Made by a program: the position numbers and the translations under genes
Assembly (NCBI GenBank): GCA_963818645.1
Contig: CAWFTF010000018.1
Coordinates: 136,617-200,616 of the forward strand
Length of the DNA stretch: 64,000 nucleotides
Direction: 5' to 3'
Origin: an uncultured Acidobacteriota bacterium
GTDB lineage: Bacteria; Acidobacteriota; Vicinamibacteria; Vicinamibacterales; UBA2999
Shown: in pieces, positions 1 to 12,269 of the stretch
Numbering within the stretch: position 1 is the stretch's first letter
How the letters are laid out: each line of letters begins with the position of its first letter
Notes under the pieces: generated by a model
The model's input: only the letters and a program-made list of their open reading frames with translations
Told to the model about the DNA's origin: nothing
Database searches by the model: none

Positions 1-39
1 TCGTCGTAGTCCTAACGGTTATCAAAAGGATGGTCCCTA

Positions 40-2265
40 TTGATCTCGGTTTCGGCGGGTCGTGTCTTCGGGTTCTTGTTTACATTCCTGATCGTCGCGG
101 CATTCCCCCTCAGCTCTGACGCACAAACCCCTGAAGCGGGTCCCCTCGCGCGAAGGACCGTTCAGGCGACACGACTGCAAGACACCGAGCGCATTACGGT
201 TGACGGCCGCCTCGATGAAGAGGTGTGGCAGCGCGCGGTGCCGGCCTCCGAGTTCATCCAGATCGATCCCGCCAACGGCACGCCAGCCACCGAGCCCACC
301 GAGGTTCGCATCGTCTTCACCAAAGACGCCATCTACATGGGCGTCACCTGCTACGACTCGGAACCGGACAAGTGGCTCGGGTATCAGCGCCGCCGCGACG
401 AGTTCCTGCCCGCCGACGATCGGTTCATGTGGACGATCGATACATTTCTCGACGAACGTTCGGGCTACTTCTTCGAGATGAACCCATCCGGGTTGATGGC
501 CGATTCGCTCTTCGGGATCAACGGCGACAATCGCGCGTGGGACGGCATCTGGGACGCGCGCGTGCGTCATAGCGAGATCGGCTGGACGATCGAGATCGAA
601 ATCCCGTTCCGCACCCTGAACTTCGATCCCAACAACGACACGTGGGGCTTCAACTTCCAGCGCACTGTCCGCCGCAAGAACGAGGACAGCATCTGGATGG
701 GTTGGCCCCGCAATCAGGGTCTGCGCCGGATGACGAACGCGGGTCACGTCACCGGCATCACGGACGTGACGCAGGGCCTCGGTCTCGACGTGAAGCCATA
801 CGGCTTGCTGACGTCGGAATCGTTCGGCGCGCTCAACGGTGGGAGCTCGCAGGAGAAAGCGAACGCGGGGCTCGATCTCTTCTATAACCCGACGCCGGGA
901 GTCCGTGCCAACCTGACGATCAACACCGACTTCGCACAGACCGAAGTCGATCAACGGCAGGTCAACCTCACGCGCTTCTCGCTCTTCTTCCCCGAGCGCC
1001 GCGATTTCTTCCTCGACGGCGCGACGTTCTTCGACTTCGCGAGCGACAGCGCCGGCGGTCCGCAGATTCAACCGTTTTTCAGCCGGCGCATCGGGCTCAG
1101 TGCTGACGCCACACCGCAAAAGATCGACTTCGGAACGAAGTTCACCGGGCAGATGGGCGGTCAGGACGTTGGCTTCCTGCAGGTTCGCACGGGGGCCGAC
1201 GATGGTCAGTTCATTCCGGAGGACTTCCTGGTGGCGCGCGTGAAACGGCGCGTGCTGCAGCAGTCCTACTTCGGCGCGATCTACACCCGACGAGATGCCC
1301 GCACGGGCGATCGGATTGATGCGAGCCACACGGTCGGCGTCGACGCCCGCCTGGCAACGTCACAGTTCAGGGGGAACCAGAACCTGGCGGCGACCGCATG
1401 GATGCTGCACGCCGGTCCCCCGGGAGTCAGAGATCGCGCCAACGCGTTCGGCGCCGGCATCGAGTATCCGAACGACCTCTGGCAACTCCGGTTTGATGCG
1501 CGCGAAGTGCAGCGGAACTTCGACCCGTCCGTCGGCTTCGTGCTGCGCCGCGACTATCGGCGCTACCGCAGCCAGGTCTACTACGGTCCACGTCCCCAGA
1601 ACCACCGCTACATCCGCCGCACCGAGTACGACGCGAACCTCGAGGTCGTCACCGATCTGCGGAATCAGCTGCTGGAGCGCGCCCTCAACCTGACGGTCTT
1701 CAGCGCGCAGTTCCACAGCCAGGACAACGTCGGCATCGAGGTGGACCCGACCTACGTGATGCTCGACCGCCCGTTCAACATCGCCCCCGGCATTACCATG
1801 CCCGCGGGCGCCGAGTATCGCTTCACGCGACTCGCCATCCGCGGTCAGACTGCGAACCGGCGGGTGCTTGCGCTGAATGGCCGCTTCGAGACCGGAGGGT
1901 TCTACTCAGGCCATCGCGATCAGACCATCCTCGGCCTGACGGTCAGGGCGCGGCCCGGCTACATCATCAGCCTCAACGGCGAGTGGAATCAGATCGACCT
2001 GGCCGAGGGGAGCTTCGCATCGAACGTGTTCCGCGGTGTCGCCGACACGCAGTTCTCACCGTTCATGGCGCTCGTGAACATCATTCAGTACGACACGATG
2101 AGTCGCGTGCTCGGATGGCAATCACGCTATCGATGGATTTTGAAGCCCGGAAACGACCTCTATGTGGTCTACACGCACAACTGGGTGGAGGACCCGGTGC
2201 GCGACCGTTTCGGTACTCTGGACAGACGAGCCGCCTCTAAAGTGTTGTATACACAGAGGTTTTAG
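40..2265 (+). CDS. Secreted/outer-membrane protein with N-terminal CBM9-like sugar-binding domain and DUF5916-type C-terminal region
   Basis: 741-aa ORF with signal peptide, 'ITVDGRLDEEVW' CBM9-like start, 'NTDFAQTEVDQRQVNLTRFSLFFPERRDFFLDG' motif and C-terminal Phe. Confidence 0.8.
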   Translation: MISVSAGRVFGFLFTFLIVAAFPLSSDAQTPEAGPLARRTVQATRLQDTERITVDGRLDEEVWQRAVPASEFIQIDPANGTPATEPTEVRIVFTKDAIYMGVTCYDSEPDKWLGYQRRRDEFLPADDRFMWTIDTFLDERSGYFFEMNPSGLMADSLFGINGDNRAWDGIWDARVRHSEIGWTIEIEIPFRTLNFDPNNDTWGFNFQRTVRRKNEDSIWMGWPRNQGLRRMTNAGHVTGITDVTQGLGLDVKPYGLLTSESFGALNGGSSQEKANAGLDLFYNPTPGVRANLTINTDFAQTEVDQRQVNLTRFSLFFPERRDFFLDGATFFDFASDSAGGPQIQPFFSRRIGLSADATPQKIDFGTKFTGQMGGQDVGFLQVRTGADDGQFIPEDFLVARVKRRVLQQSYFGAIYTRRDARTGDRIDASHTVGVDARLATSQFRGNQNLAATAWMLHAGPPGVRDRANAFGAGIEYPNDLWQLRFDAREVQRNFDPSVGFVLRRDYRRYRSQVYYGPRPQNHRYIRRTEYDANLEVVTDLRNQLLERALNLTVFSAQFHSQDNVGIEVDPTYVMLDRPFNIAPGITMPAGAEYRFTRLAIRGQTANRRVLALNGRFETGGFYSGHRDQTILGLTVRARPGYIISLNGEWNQIDLAEGSFASNVFRGVADTQFSPFMALVNIIQYDTMSRVLGWQSRYRWILKPGNDLYVVYTHNWVEDPVRDRFGTLDRRAASKVLYTQRF

Positions 2266-2276
2266 GCGGATCCGGG

Positions 2277-2473
2277 AGGGGCCGACTGGGATATGCTGGA
2301 TCTCGGGTTGGCCGGGCGCAAGTCGCCTTCTCCTGGGCGGCACCCTCATACCTTCCCTCGACCGGCTTGGATTTCTGAGCCTGTCGAGGGGCAGCGTCCG
2401 TCCGATTCCGACGCGGACTCAGCCGGCGGCTTCGCCCCGCTGGCTGAGCAACCGCGCTTACCCCAGTCGCCCC
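2277..2473. ncRNA. Candidate structured RNA or palindromic element between convergent genes
   Basis: Ends ggggccgactggg and cccagtcgcccc are complementary; internal hairpins ccctcgac..gtcgaggg and ctcagcc..ggctgag; no credible ORF; family not recognised. Confidence 0.4.
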
Positions 2474-2490
2474 ATCTTGATCTTGCCCAA

Positions 2491-2862
2491 CTAGTGAACC
2501 GTCGTTCCCGCAGTGGGCATCGCCGCACGTTCCGCGGCCATCACTCGCTGAATCATCGCGGTCAAGTCGCGCTCCGCGACGTCGAAGGGTCCGGCGATGA
2601 CCGCACCGAGTGACAACTCGAGCGCGATCACCACGCCACCTCCGTCGTACGGATTCACGATCCAGCTGAAACCTCGCATCGCCACCCGCCGATGCTCGTC
2701 GGCGTCAGGATTCTTCGCCTGCTCGAGCGCGCGCAACATCCCCACGAGCACGGCGGTCACGTCGTCATCGGTCCAACGTCCCGGCTCGCCAGTCGCCACG
2801 CTGATGACGTGACTCGTGGCGTGAACCTCGCCACGCAGCCAGATGTCCAGGGGGATCTCCAT
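2491..2862 (-). CDS. Hypothetical protein (123 aa)
   Basis: Protein-like composition, ATG start, co-directional with the upstream YyaL-like gene. Confidence 0.7.
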   Translation of the reverse strand: MEIPLDIWLRGEVHATSHVISVATGEPGRWTDDDVTAVLVGMLRALEQAKNPDADEHRRVAMRGFSWIVNPYDGGGVVIALELSLGAVIAGPFDVAERDLTAMIQRVMAAERAAMPTAGTTVH

Positions 2863-2868
2863 CTCTCT

Positions 2869-2938
2869 AATTCAAAATGCAAAAGGCAAAATGCAAATGC
2901 AGCGTTCCCTTTGCATTTTGAATTTTGCCTTTTGCATT
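2869..2938. repeat. Inverted pair of AT-rich heptamer arrays, (AATGCAA)n / (TTGCATT)n
   Basis: aattcaa-aatgcaa-aaggcaa-aatgcaa, a spacer, then ttgcatt-ttgaatt-ttgcctt-ttgcatt. Confidence 0.9.
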
Positions 2939-5052
2939 ACGTCCTGTCCAGTGCTCTTCCAAGCTCACCGGCATCCGTCGTCGGTGCCTCGCATGCGAAG
3001 TCACGACACAGATACGCCGTCGCCCGCCCATCGACCTCCTTCATGCTCGTGGTCCATGGGAGCAACTCGGAAATTCTGGCCCGTGCCGCAGGCGCGAGCG
3101 GAACGACGATGGTCGTCGGGAGATAGCGGTGGATGACGACTTCACGGAGCGCTCTTGTGTCGTCAGCCGATGGGTCGCCGGTGATGACCAACTGGGGTGT
3201 ACCGGCGTGATAGGTGGAGAGCGCAGCCAGCATCATAGGCGCCGCCCGCCCTGACTGCGCGAGCCGCGATGCGAACACGCCAAGCGTGCGCGTAATCTGC
3301 CCCGAAAAATCCCCGACGCCGAGATGCGAGAGCACCAGGAGGTTCATGACGCTCACCGAACTCGCCGCGGGCTCTGCGCCGTCGTAGTCCTCCTTGAGGC
3401 GCAGCAGCACTGATTCGTCCTTGCCCGTCGTGCTGAACCATCCGCCATCGTTCGCATCCCAGAACAACTCGTCCTGGCGCCGCTGCAGTGTGGTCGCCCA
3501 CTCCAACCAGTCTGGATCGCCATTTGCCTGAAACAATTCGAGCAGGCCGAAGATCAAATAGGCATAGTCCTCGGCGTACGCGTCCACACCGGAGGATCCC
3601 TCCCGATAGCGCCTCAGGAGTGTCTGGCTCGACGACTGCCATAGGTGCTCGCGGACGAAACGCGCGGCCTTCTGCGCGTCTTCGAGGTAAGACTCGGCGC
3701 CGTCAATAGTGCGGGCTACGCGTGCAAAGGCCGCGATCATCAGCCCGTTCCATGCAGTGAGCACCTTGTCGTCGAGGTGCGGACGGGGCCGCGACCCCCG
3801 GCGCGCCATCAACAGGGGCCGCGCGCGCCGTAGCGCGTCCATGACTCCTTCGACGGGTCGACCCGTGATCGACGCGACGTCGTCGAGCGATCGGGCCGTA
3901 TAGAGCAGGTTCTTCTCCGTGAACTCGCCCTGGGGATCGTTCGGCGCGTTGCCATCCGGCAGGATGCCGAACCGAGCCCGGAACACCGCGGCATCATCGC
4001 CGAGGACATCCTGAATCTCGTCGTCGCCCCAGATGTAGAACGCGCCCTCCATCTTGTGGGGCCGCGGCTCGTGCGCGTGTTCCGGTGGAACGCTGTCGGC
4101 ATCCTCGGCGGAAAAGAATCCGCCGCCGGGCGAGGTCAGATCGCGTCGGACGTAGTCGAGCGTGTCGAGGGCCACGTCGGCATAGAAACGATCGCCGGTG
4201 ATCTGCGCGGCTTCGGCGAATGCGAGGACGAGCTGCGCCTGGTCGTAGAGCATCTTCTCGAAATGGGGCACGCGCCAGTCGGCATCAACTGAGTACCGGT
4301 GGAATCCTCCGCCGAGGTGGTCGCGCATTCCGCCCAGCGCCATGGCACGCAGGGTCACCAGCGCCATGTCTCGTCGCATTGGCCGCGCCGGTTCGCGCAT
4401 ATTCGCGGAGAAGGAACAACAGCTCGCTCGGCCGTGGAAACTTCGGTGCCCCCCCGAAGCCGCCGCGTCGCGAATCGAACGACGAGGCGAACTCTCCCAC
4501 CGTGCGGCTCAGTACGCCGGCATCGGGTACAGCGTCGGGCCCGCCAGCCGAGCGCATGCTCTGAAGGCGTCCCAGGATCGCCATCGCCGACTGCTCGACC
4601 TTCGGCTGTTCCTCGCGCCAGACTCGCGCGATCTCTTCGAGAATCTCGACGAAGCCCGGTCGTCCCCATCGTGCCTCGGGCGGGAAATATGTCCCGCCGT
4701 AGAAGGGCTCGAGGGTTGGCGTGAGCCAGACGCTCATCGGCCACCCGCCGGATCCGGTCGTGGCCTGGACGAACGTCATGTAGACGCGGTCCACGTCCGG
4801 GCGCTCCTCTCGATCGACCTTGATTGAAACGAAGTAGCGCGAGAGCACCTCGGCAATCACCGGGTTCTCGAAGCTCTCATGCTCCATCACGTGGCACCAG
4901 TGACACGTCGAGTAACCAACCGACAGAAAGATCGGTTTGTTCTCACGGCGCGCCAGGTCGAACGCGTCCTGGCCCCATGGGTACCAGTCGACCGGGTTGT
5001 CCTTGTGCTGGAGAAGATAGGGACTCTGTTCTGCGGCGAGACGATTCGGCAC
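2937..5052 (-). CDS. Thioredoxin-domain protein of the YyaL/DUF255/SPATA20 family (frameshift near 4380)
   Basis: '[24 protein letters not shown]', '[12 protein letters not shown]' and '[25 protein letters not shown]' spread over ORFs 4285-5052 and 2937-4400. Confidence 0.92.
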
Positions 5053-5053
5053 T

Positions 5054-5876
5054 TCAGCGATTATCCCCCGACCGCGAGGTGGTCACGCGGACGAGATGCG
5101 CTTTGACGGATCGATACCGCTCGCTGTCGCGCGTACCGCCCTTCTGTCTCTTCACCTGGGCTGCGAGACTGTCGATGCGATCCTGCGGCGATGGATGGCT
5201 CGAGAGGAAGGCATCGACGCTACTCCGGTCGCGACTCGCCTCTCGTGCGAGCATCTGGAACAACTCGACCATCCCGCGTCCACTCCACCCGGAGCGCGTG
5301 AGGATCGTCATCCCTGCTTCGTCGGCCTCGCGTTCTTCGGCGCGGTTGAACTTCAGAAAGACGCCGCCGGTCAGCACACTGGCCGCGGCCTGCGCAGTTC
5401 CCGCACCGCCGGTGTTGCCGAGTAGTGCCCCCAACAGACCAAGGCCCCACTTCGCGACCATGCCCTGCGTGAGCCGGTCCGCGCCATGGCGCTTGGCGAT
5501 ATGCGCGACCTCGTGCGCCAGAACGGCCGCCACTTGCGACTCGTTCGCCGCCTTGCTCAGCACTCCGCGGTTGATCCACACGGGGCCGCCTGGGAGCGAG
5601 AACGCGTTGATCTCCGGCAAATCGGCAACGGCGAACGTGTATGGATATTTCGCTCCTGGCGCCGCGCGAACGAGCCGCTTTCCGACATCCCGAACGTAAC
5701 GGGTCACCATGGAATCCTTGAACTCTGGCACCTGCTTGCGTACCTGCTCGTTTGCGGTGCGCCCGATTTCGATCTCCTCCTCGACCGACACCAGCGCCAT
5801 GGCTGCCACGCTCGTCGAGGCCACGAACAAACAACCACAAGCCCAGAGCCCAGAGCCTGATAGCCCGCTGTCTCAT
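5054..5876 (-). CDS. M48-family zinc metallopeptidase (BepA/YfgC-like protease domain); 5' end out of frame or starts at TTG 5830
   Basis: 'NAFSLPGG', HEVAH zinc motif, 'EREADEAG', 'FLSSHP'; the ATG at 5876 overlaps the yihY stop and gives a signal-like [15 protein letters not shown]. Confidence 0.85.
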
Positions 5877-6760
5877 GTCCTCGGGCTGGCCGCCGCGGGC
5901 ATCGTCTCGGTTCGATGCCGACGGAGTCGCGCGTACGCCGCCGTGAACTCTACGCCGTACATCAGGATGACTGACGAGATGTAGATCCAGAGCAGGAAGA
6001 CGACGACGGTAGTGATCGACCCGTGAATCATGCTGAGTCGCTGGTTCTGGCGGACGTACCACGAGAAGCCCGAGAGCGCGACTCGCCACAGCAGCCCGGT
6101 CAGGATGGCGCCAACCCACACGTCGCGAAACCGCGTGCGTGCGTTGGGAATGAAATAGAAGACAAGGCCGGTGCCGACCATCAGGAGCACCATCGCCAGA
6201 TACCTGAACACGAATGTCTGCAGTGCCACGAACCACGGTGCGCCGGCCAGCAGTTGCCCGACGCGCGACGTCTCCGCCACCTGAATGAAGCTGACGACGA
6301 CCAACGCCACGGCCATGGCCACCGTCGCTGCCACCAGCAACAGGAACGATACGAGTCGATGCTTCCAGAAGCTTCGCTGCTTCTCGACTCCCCAGGCCTC
6401 GTTTACGGCACTCGTGACCGCACCGAAGAACCCGAGTGATGCCCACACAAGCCCGAGCCCGCCGGCCACACCGATGCGAATGCTGTCCGCACGAAAGGCG
6501 TCCAGCTGGTCGGTCATGAAGTCGAGCCGCGTCGGGAAATAACGGAAGATGAAACCGAGGACCCGCGCCCGGTCGTCTTCATCAGCCGTCACGACTCCAA
6601 GGATTGAGAGGAGGAGGAGGAGAAACGGAAAGAGCGACAGCAGCGAGTAGTACGCGATCGAAGCGGCGTGCGTCAGGTCGTTCCTGCTGACGAGCCCGAT
6701 CAGGGCCCGCCACGCGGCCTGTCCCCAGAGACGCAGTTCGCGGCGTAGTGGACGCCACAA
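5873..6760 (-). CDS. YihY/virulence factor BrkB family membrane protein
   Basis: 'AASIAYYSLLSLFPFLL', 'LLWIYISSVILMYGVEF', multiple transmembrane segments. Confidence 0.9.
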   Translation of the reverse strand: MWRPLRRELRLWGQAAWRALIGLVSRNDLTHAASIAYYSLLSLFPFLLLLLSILGVVTADEDDRARVLGFIFRYFPTRLDFMTDQLDAFRADSIRIGVAGGLGLVWASLGFFGAVTSAVNEAWGVEKQRSFWKHRLVSFLLLVAATVAMAVALVVVSFIQVAETSRVGQLLAGAPWFVALQTFVFRYLAMVLLMVGTGLVFYFIPNARTRFRDVWVGAILTGLLWRVALSGFSWYVRQNQRLSMIHGSITTVVVFLLWIYISSVILMYGVEFTAAYARLRRHRTETMPAAASPRT

Positions 6761-6777
6761 CCGCGTCCACTCGAGAG

Positions 6778-8236
6778 TCAGCGCTGTGCGGCCTCCCGCC
6801 GCGAGGCCCGGTTGTCGCGGATCTCGTGCTTCTTCATCTTGCTGTAAAGGGTGGGGCGATAGAGACCCAGGATCTGCGCCGCCTCCTGCTTATTCCAGTT
6901 CGTGCGCTGAAGCGTCTGCAGGATGGCCATACGCTCGATCTCGGCCAGCGTGCGATGCGGCGGGATGGTGAACTCGCGCGCGCTGGCGGCGCTGTCGCGC
7001 ACGGAGTCCGGGAGATCCGCGGGTGTGATCTCTCCTGTCTTACACACCAGCACCGCACGCTCGATCGCGTTCTCGAGCTCGCGGACGTTGCCTGCCCACC
7101 GGTTGCGAATCAGCAGGTGATACACGGATGGCGAGACGGAGCGAATCGACTTCTGATACCGCTGGTTGAACTTCGAGAGGAAGTGATTGCACAGCAGCGG
7201 GATGTCTTCCGTCCGCTCGCGAAGCGGCGGCACGCGCACGCTGATCGTGTTGATGCGGAAGTACAGGTCCTCGCGCAGGCGGCCCTCACGCAGTGCCACT
7301 TCGAGGTCGACGTTGGTCGCGCAGATCAATCTGAAATCGACCGCAACCACGACGATCGCTGCCGATCGGACGATACTCACGCTCTTGAAGGACGCGCAGC
7401 AGTTTCGTCTGCAGGTACGCCGGCATCTCGCCGATCTCGTCGAGCAGCAACGAGCCGCCCTCCGCCATCTCGACGAGCCCGATCTTGTCGGCGGCCGCAC
7501 CGGTGAACGCGCCCTTCTTGTAGCCAAACAGCTCGCTCTCGATCAGGTCTCTCGGAATGGACGCGCAGTTGATCTTGATGAAGGGACCGCTCGCACGATG
7601 CGAGTTGTAGTGAATGGCGTTGGCGATCAGTTCCTTGCCGGTGCCGTTCTCGCCTTGAATCAGGATGTTGGCGTCGCTCGCTGCGACGCTTTCCACCAGC
7701 TCGAACAGCGTCATCATGGCCGAGCTCTGACCGATCACGCTCGCAAAGCTGTATTGCCCTCGCAGTCGATCCTTGAGCTGTTGATGTTCGACGCGCTCGT
7801 CGATGCGGCCGACAGCCTTTCCCAACAGGTCGACCAGACCGTCTTCCGATACCGGGCGCTCGAGAAAGAAGAAGGCGCCCGCTCGTCCAGCTTCGACGGC
7901 TCGGGTAATCGTTCCCTGTCCGCCGACCACGATCACCTCGGGCTCGGGGTCCAACTGCTTGAGCCGACGTAACAACTCGATGCCGTCCATGTCCGGCAGA
8001 GACAGATCCGTCAAAACCACGTCGGGACGCCACTGCTTGTAGACTTCTGCGCCATCGGCTCCCGTCCGGGCCCCGCGCACGTCGTAGCGTTCGGCTTCGG
8101 CGACGGCTTGAAGCAAGCCGGTCATCGAGCTCTGCTCGTCGATCGCGAGCACTCGACGGCGACGTCTGTTCGAAAATGGGTGCGTAGAAATAAGCAAAAT
8201 CCCCCCGGCGGTTACACTAGCACAGGCCGTCTTCAA
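6778..8236 (-). CDS. Sigma-54-dependent response regulator (NtrC family: REC, AAA+, Fis HTH); frameshift near 7350
   Basis: Receiver 'DLSLPDMDG', Walker A 'GENGTGKE', '[15 protein letters not shown]', '[13 protein letters not shown]', C-terminal HTH. Confidence 0.93.
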
Positions 8237-8317
8237 TCAATACACAACTGGGCACGGACGAGTCAAATCAGACAGTTTGTAACAACTACACGCACGTAAT
8301 AGGCCTGAGAACACTCC

Positions 8318-8323
8318 TATAAT
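8318..8323 (+). promoter_or_regulatory. Putative sigma-70 -10 box (TATAAT) for the carboxylase operon
   Basis: Perfect TATAAT 13 nt upstream of ATG 8337 in a divergent intergenic region. Confidence 0.45.
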
Positions 8324-8336
8324 CGCGAACAGTTTT

Positions 8337-9944
8337 ATGGATCTCCTCGACACGCAGATCAATCCGGCTGACGCCGAGTTCCGCGGCAACGCGAGTCGAA
8401 TGGAGAGCCTGGTAGCCGAGCTTCGAGCGCAACTGACCCAAGCCAGGGCCGGCGGCGGAGAACGCTACCTCCAGCGTCACCGCGAACAGGGCAAACTGCC
8501 GGCCCGGGAACGCATCAGCCGACTGCTCGACCCGGGTTCTCCCCTGCTGGAGTTATCGGCACTGGCGGCCTGGGACATGTACGACAACGAAGCTCCTGGT
8601 GCCGGATTGGTGACCGGAATTGGCCGGGTCTCTGGTCGCGAAGTGATGATCGTGGCCAACGACGCCACGGTGAAGGGCGGCACCTACTATCCGATCACCG
8701 TGAAGAAGCACGTGCGAGCGCAGCAGATCGCCCTCGAGAACCGCCTGCCGTGCGTCTATCTAGTGGACTCTGGCGGTGCGTTCCTGCCGTTGCAGGCCGA
8801 GGTCTTCCCCGACCGCGATCACTTTGGCCGCATCTTCTACAACCAGGCTCGAATGTCTGCGCTCGGCATTCCGCAGATCGCCGTCGTCATGGGGTCGTGC
8901 ACAGCCGGTGGCGCCTATGTGCCGGCGATGTCCGACGAAACGATCATCGTGAAAGGAACAGGGACGATTTTTCTGGGAGGTCCCCCACTTGTGAAGGCGG
9001 CGACAGGAGAGGACGTAACTGCGGAGGAACTTGGCGGCGCCGACGTCCACACCCGGCTGTCCGGCGTCGCCGACTATCTCGCTGAAGACGATGACCACGC
9101 GCTGAGGCAGACGCGAACAATCATCGGCACCCTCAACACGCAGAAGAGTCTTCCTGCGGATATGACGGCGCCCGAGGAGCCGGCGTACGACCCTCAGGAG
9201 ATTTACGGAATCGTCAACGCCGATGTCCGCAAGCCGTACGACGTGCGGGACGTGATCGCGCGCATGGTGGACGGATCGCGCTTCGACGAGTTCAAGCAAC
9301 GCTACGCGACGACGCTGGTCACTGGCTTCGCCCGGCTGCATGGCTTCCTCGTCGGGATCGTCGCCAACAACGGTGTGCTGTTTTCCGAGTCTGCGCTCAA
9401 GGCGACACACTTCATCGAGTTGTGCAATCAGCGCGGCGTCCCGCTTGTCTTCCTCCAGAACATCACCGGCTTCATCGTCGGGCGGCAATACGAACGAGGC
9501 GGCATCGCGAAGGACGGAGCGAAGATGGTGCACGCCGTCGCCAACTCGGTCGTCCCGAAATTTACTGTCGTCATTGGCGGCTCGTTTGGCGCCGGCAACT
9601 ACGGAATGTGCGGACGTGCGTACGATCCGCGCTTTCTCTGGATGTGGCCCAATGCCCGCATCTCTGTCATGGGTGGAGAGCAGGCCGCGGGCGTGTTGAC
9701 CACCGTGAAGCGCGACCAGCTCGCGCGCGAGGGCAAGTCGCTCAGCCCCGAAGAGGAGCAGGCCATCCGCGGTCCGATCCTCGACAAGTACGAGCGCGAA
9801 GGGTCGCCCTACTACTCGACCGCCCGGCTCTGGGACGATGGCATCCTGGACCCGGTGGACACACGACAGGCACTCGCGCTCGGAATCTCGGCGGCGTATA
9901 ACGCGCCGATTCCGGAAGCGAAGTACGGCATCTTCCGGATGTAA
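8337..9944 (+). CDS. mccB: Methylcrotonyl-CoA carboxylase beta (carboxyltransferase) subunit
   Basis: '[13 protein letters not shown]', 'VDSGGAFLP', '[16 protein letters not shown]', '[14 protein letters not shown]', C-terminal 'GIFRM'. Confidence 0.92.
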   Translation: MDLLDTQINPADAEFRGNASRMESLVAELRAQLTQARAGGGERYLQRHREQGKLPARERISRLLDPGSPLLELSALAAWDMYDNEAPGAGLVTGIGRVSGREVMIVANDATVKGGTYYPITVKKHVRAQQIALENRLPCVYLVDSGGAFLPLQAEVFPDRDHFGRIFYNQARMSALGIPQIAVVMGSCTAGGAYVPAMSDETIIVKGTGTIFLGGPPLVKAATGEDVTAEELGGADVHTRLSGVADYLAEDDDHALRQTRTIIGTLNTQKSLPADMTAPEEPAYDPQEIYGIVNADVRKPYDVRDVIARMVDGSRFDEFKQRYATTLVTGFARLHGFLVGIVANNGVLFSESALKATHFIELCNQRGVPLVFLQNITGFIVGRQYERGGIAKDGAKMVHAVANSVVPKFTVVIGGSFGAGNYGMCGRAYDPRFLWMWPNARISVMGGEQAAGVLTTVKRDQLAREGKSLSPEEEQAIRGPILDKYEREGSPYYSTARLWDDGILDPVDTRQALALGISAAYNAPIPEAKYGIFRM

Positions 9945-9947
9945 CCG

Positions 9948-11457
<1,510 letters not shown>

Positions 11458-11465
<8 letters not shown>

Positions 11466-11914
11466 TTCCGACGATCCAACCGAGGTGAGTCCCGCTCGGG
11501 AACGGCCGCTATCAGGTCACTCGCGGGACGAAGCGAACGATCGCATTTGCCGTCGCCGGGCGCGATACGTGGGTGTTCCTCGACGGCCGCACCTACATCG
11601 TCAGCGACACGCCTGACGGCTCGCCGCGACGATCGCGCGTGGACGAACAGGGCGCGCTCACGGCACCGATGCCTGCCACCGTGCTCAAGATCAACGCCAC
11701 CACGGGTCAGCAGGTGAAGCGCAACGATGTCGTGATGGTGCTCGAAGCAATGAAGATGGAACTGCCGATTCGCTCGCCGCGCGATGGCGTGGTGAAGGCG
11801 ATCCGATGCGAGGCCGGCGAGCTGGTTCAGCCGGGCACCACGCTCCTCGAGCTCGAAGATGACCCTTCGACCCTTCGGCAGCCTCAGGGTCGTCCCGAGC
11901 AACGTCGAGGGTGA
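11458..11914 (+). CDS. Biotin carboxyl carrier protein (frameshift near 11490; C-terminus extended by a palindromic repeat)
   Basis: 'LTAPMPATV' and the biotinylation motif 'LEAMKME'; GTG at 11458 overlaps the end of the previous gene. Confidence 0.88.
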
Positions 11915-11926
11915 GAAGATAGAACG

Positions 11927-12196
11927 GTGAGCGAGAAGGTTCCCGCAGAGATCGCGGCGATTCTCACCGAGTTCGTCGAGAAGGTGGGACTGCTGCGCCG
12001 CGACATGCAGCACAAGAAGGAACTCGAGAAGTACGAGGCCCGGATGCAGCGCATCGAGCAGAAGCTCTCCGCGCTGGCCGAGCGAGTGTCAGTGGACGAT
12101 CCGGATCTCGCCAAGGCGATACGGACCGCGTGGCAAATGCCGGCCCGCAGCCTCGCGTTCCGGAACGCCACGCATCAAAAGCCGGAGGGTGGTTAG
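11927..12196 (+). CDS. Hypothetical helical protein (89 aa)
   Basis: Coiled-coil-like ORF directly after the BCCP gene, with typical codon usage. Confidence 0.65.
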   Translation: MSEKVPAEIAAILTEFVEKVGLLRRDMQHKKELEKYEARMQRIEQKLSALAERVSVDDPDLAKAIRTAWQMPARSLAFRNATHQKPEGG

Positions 12197-12266
12197 TGGT
12201 TGGTGGTCAGTGGACAGAACCGAACGCTGAACTTAACCACCCACCACCTACCACCATCCACCAACC
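12188..12266. repeat. Inverted pair of heptamer arrays, (RGTGGTT)n / (nACCACC)n, between convergent genes
   Basis: ggtggtt-agtggtt-ggtggtc-agtggac ... aaccacc-caccacc-taccacc-atccacc. Confidence 0.8.
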
Positions 12267-12269
12267 GTC

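Noticed and set aside
2277-2300. GGGGCCGA start resembling a tmRNA or tRNA-Ala 5' end
   Set aside because: No T-arm GTTCGA, 3' CCA acceptor end or tag reading frame was found.
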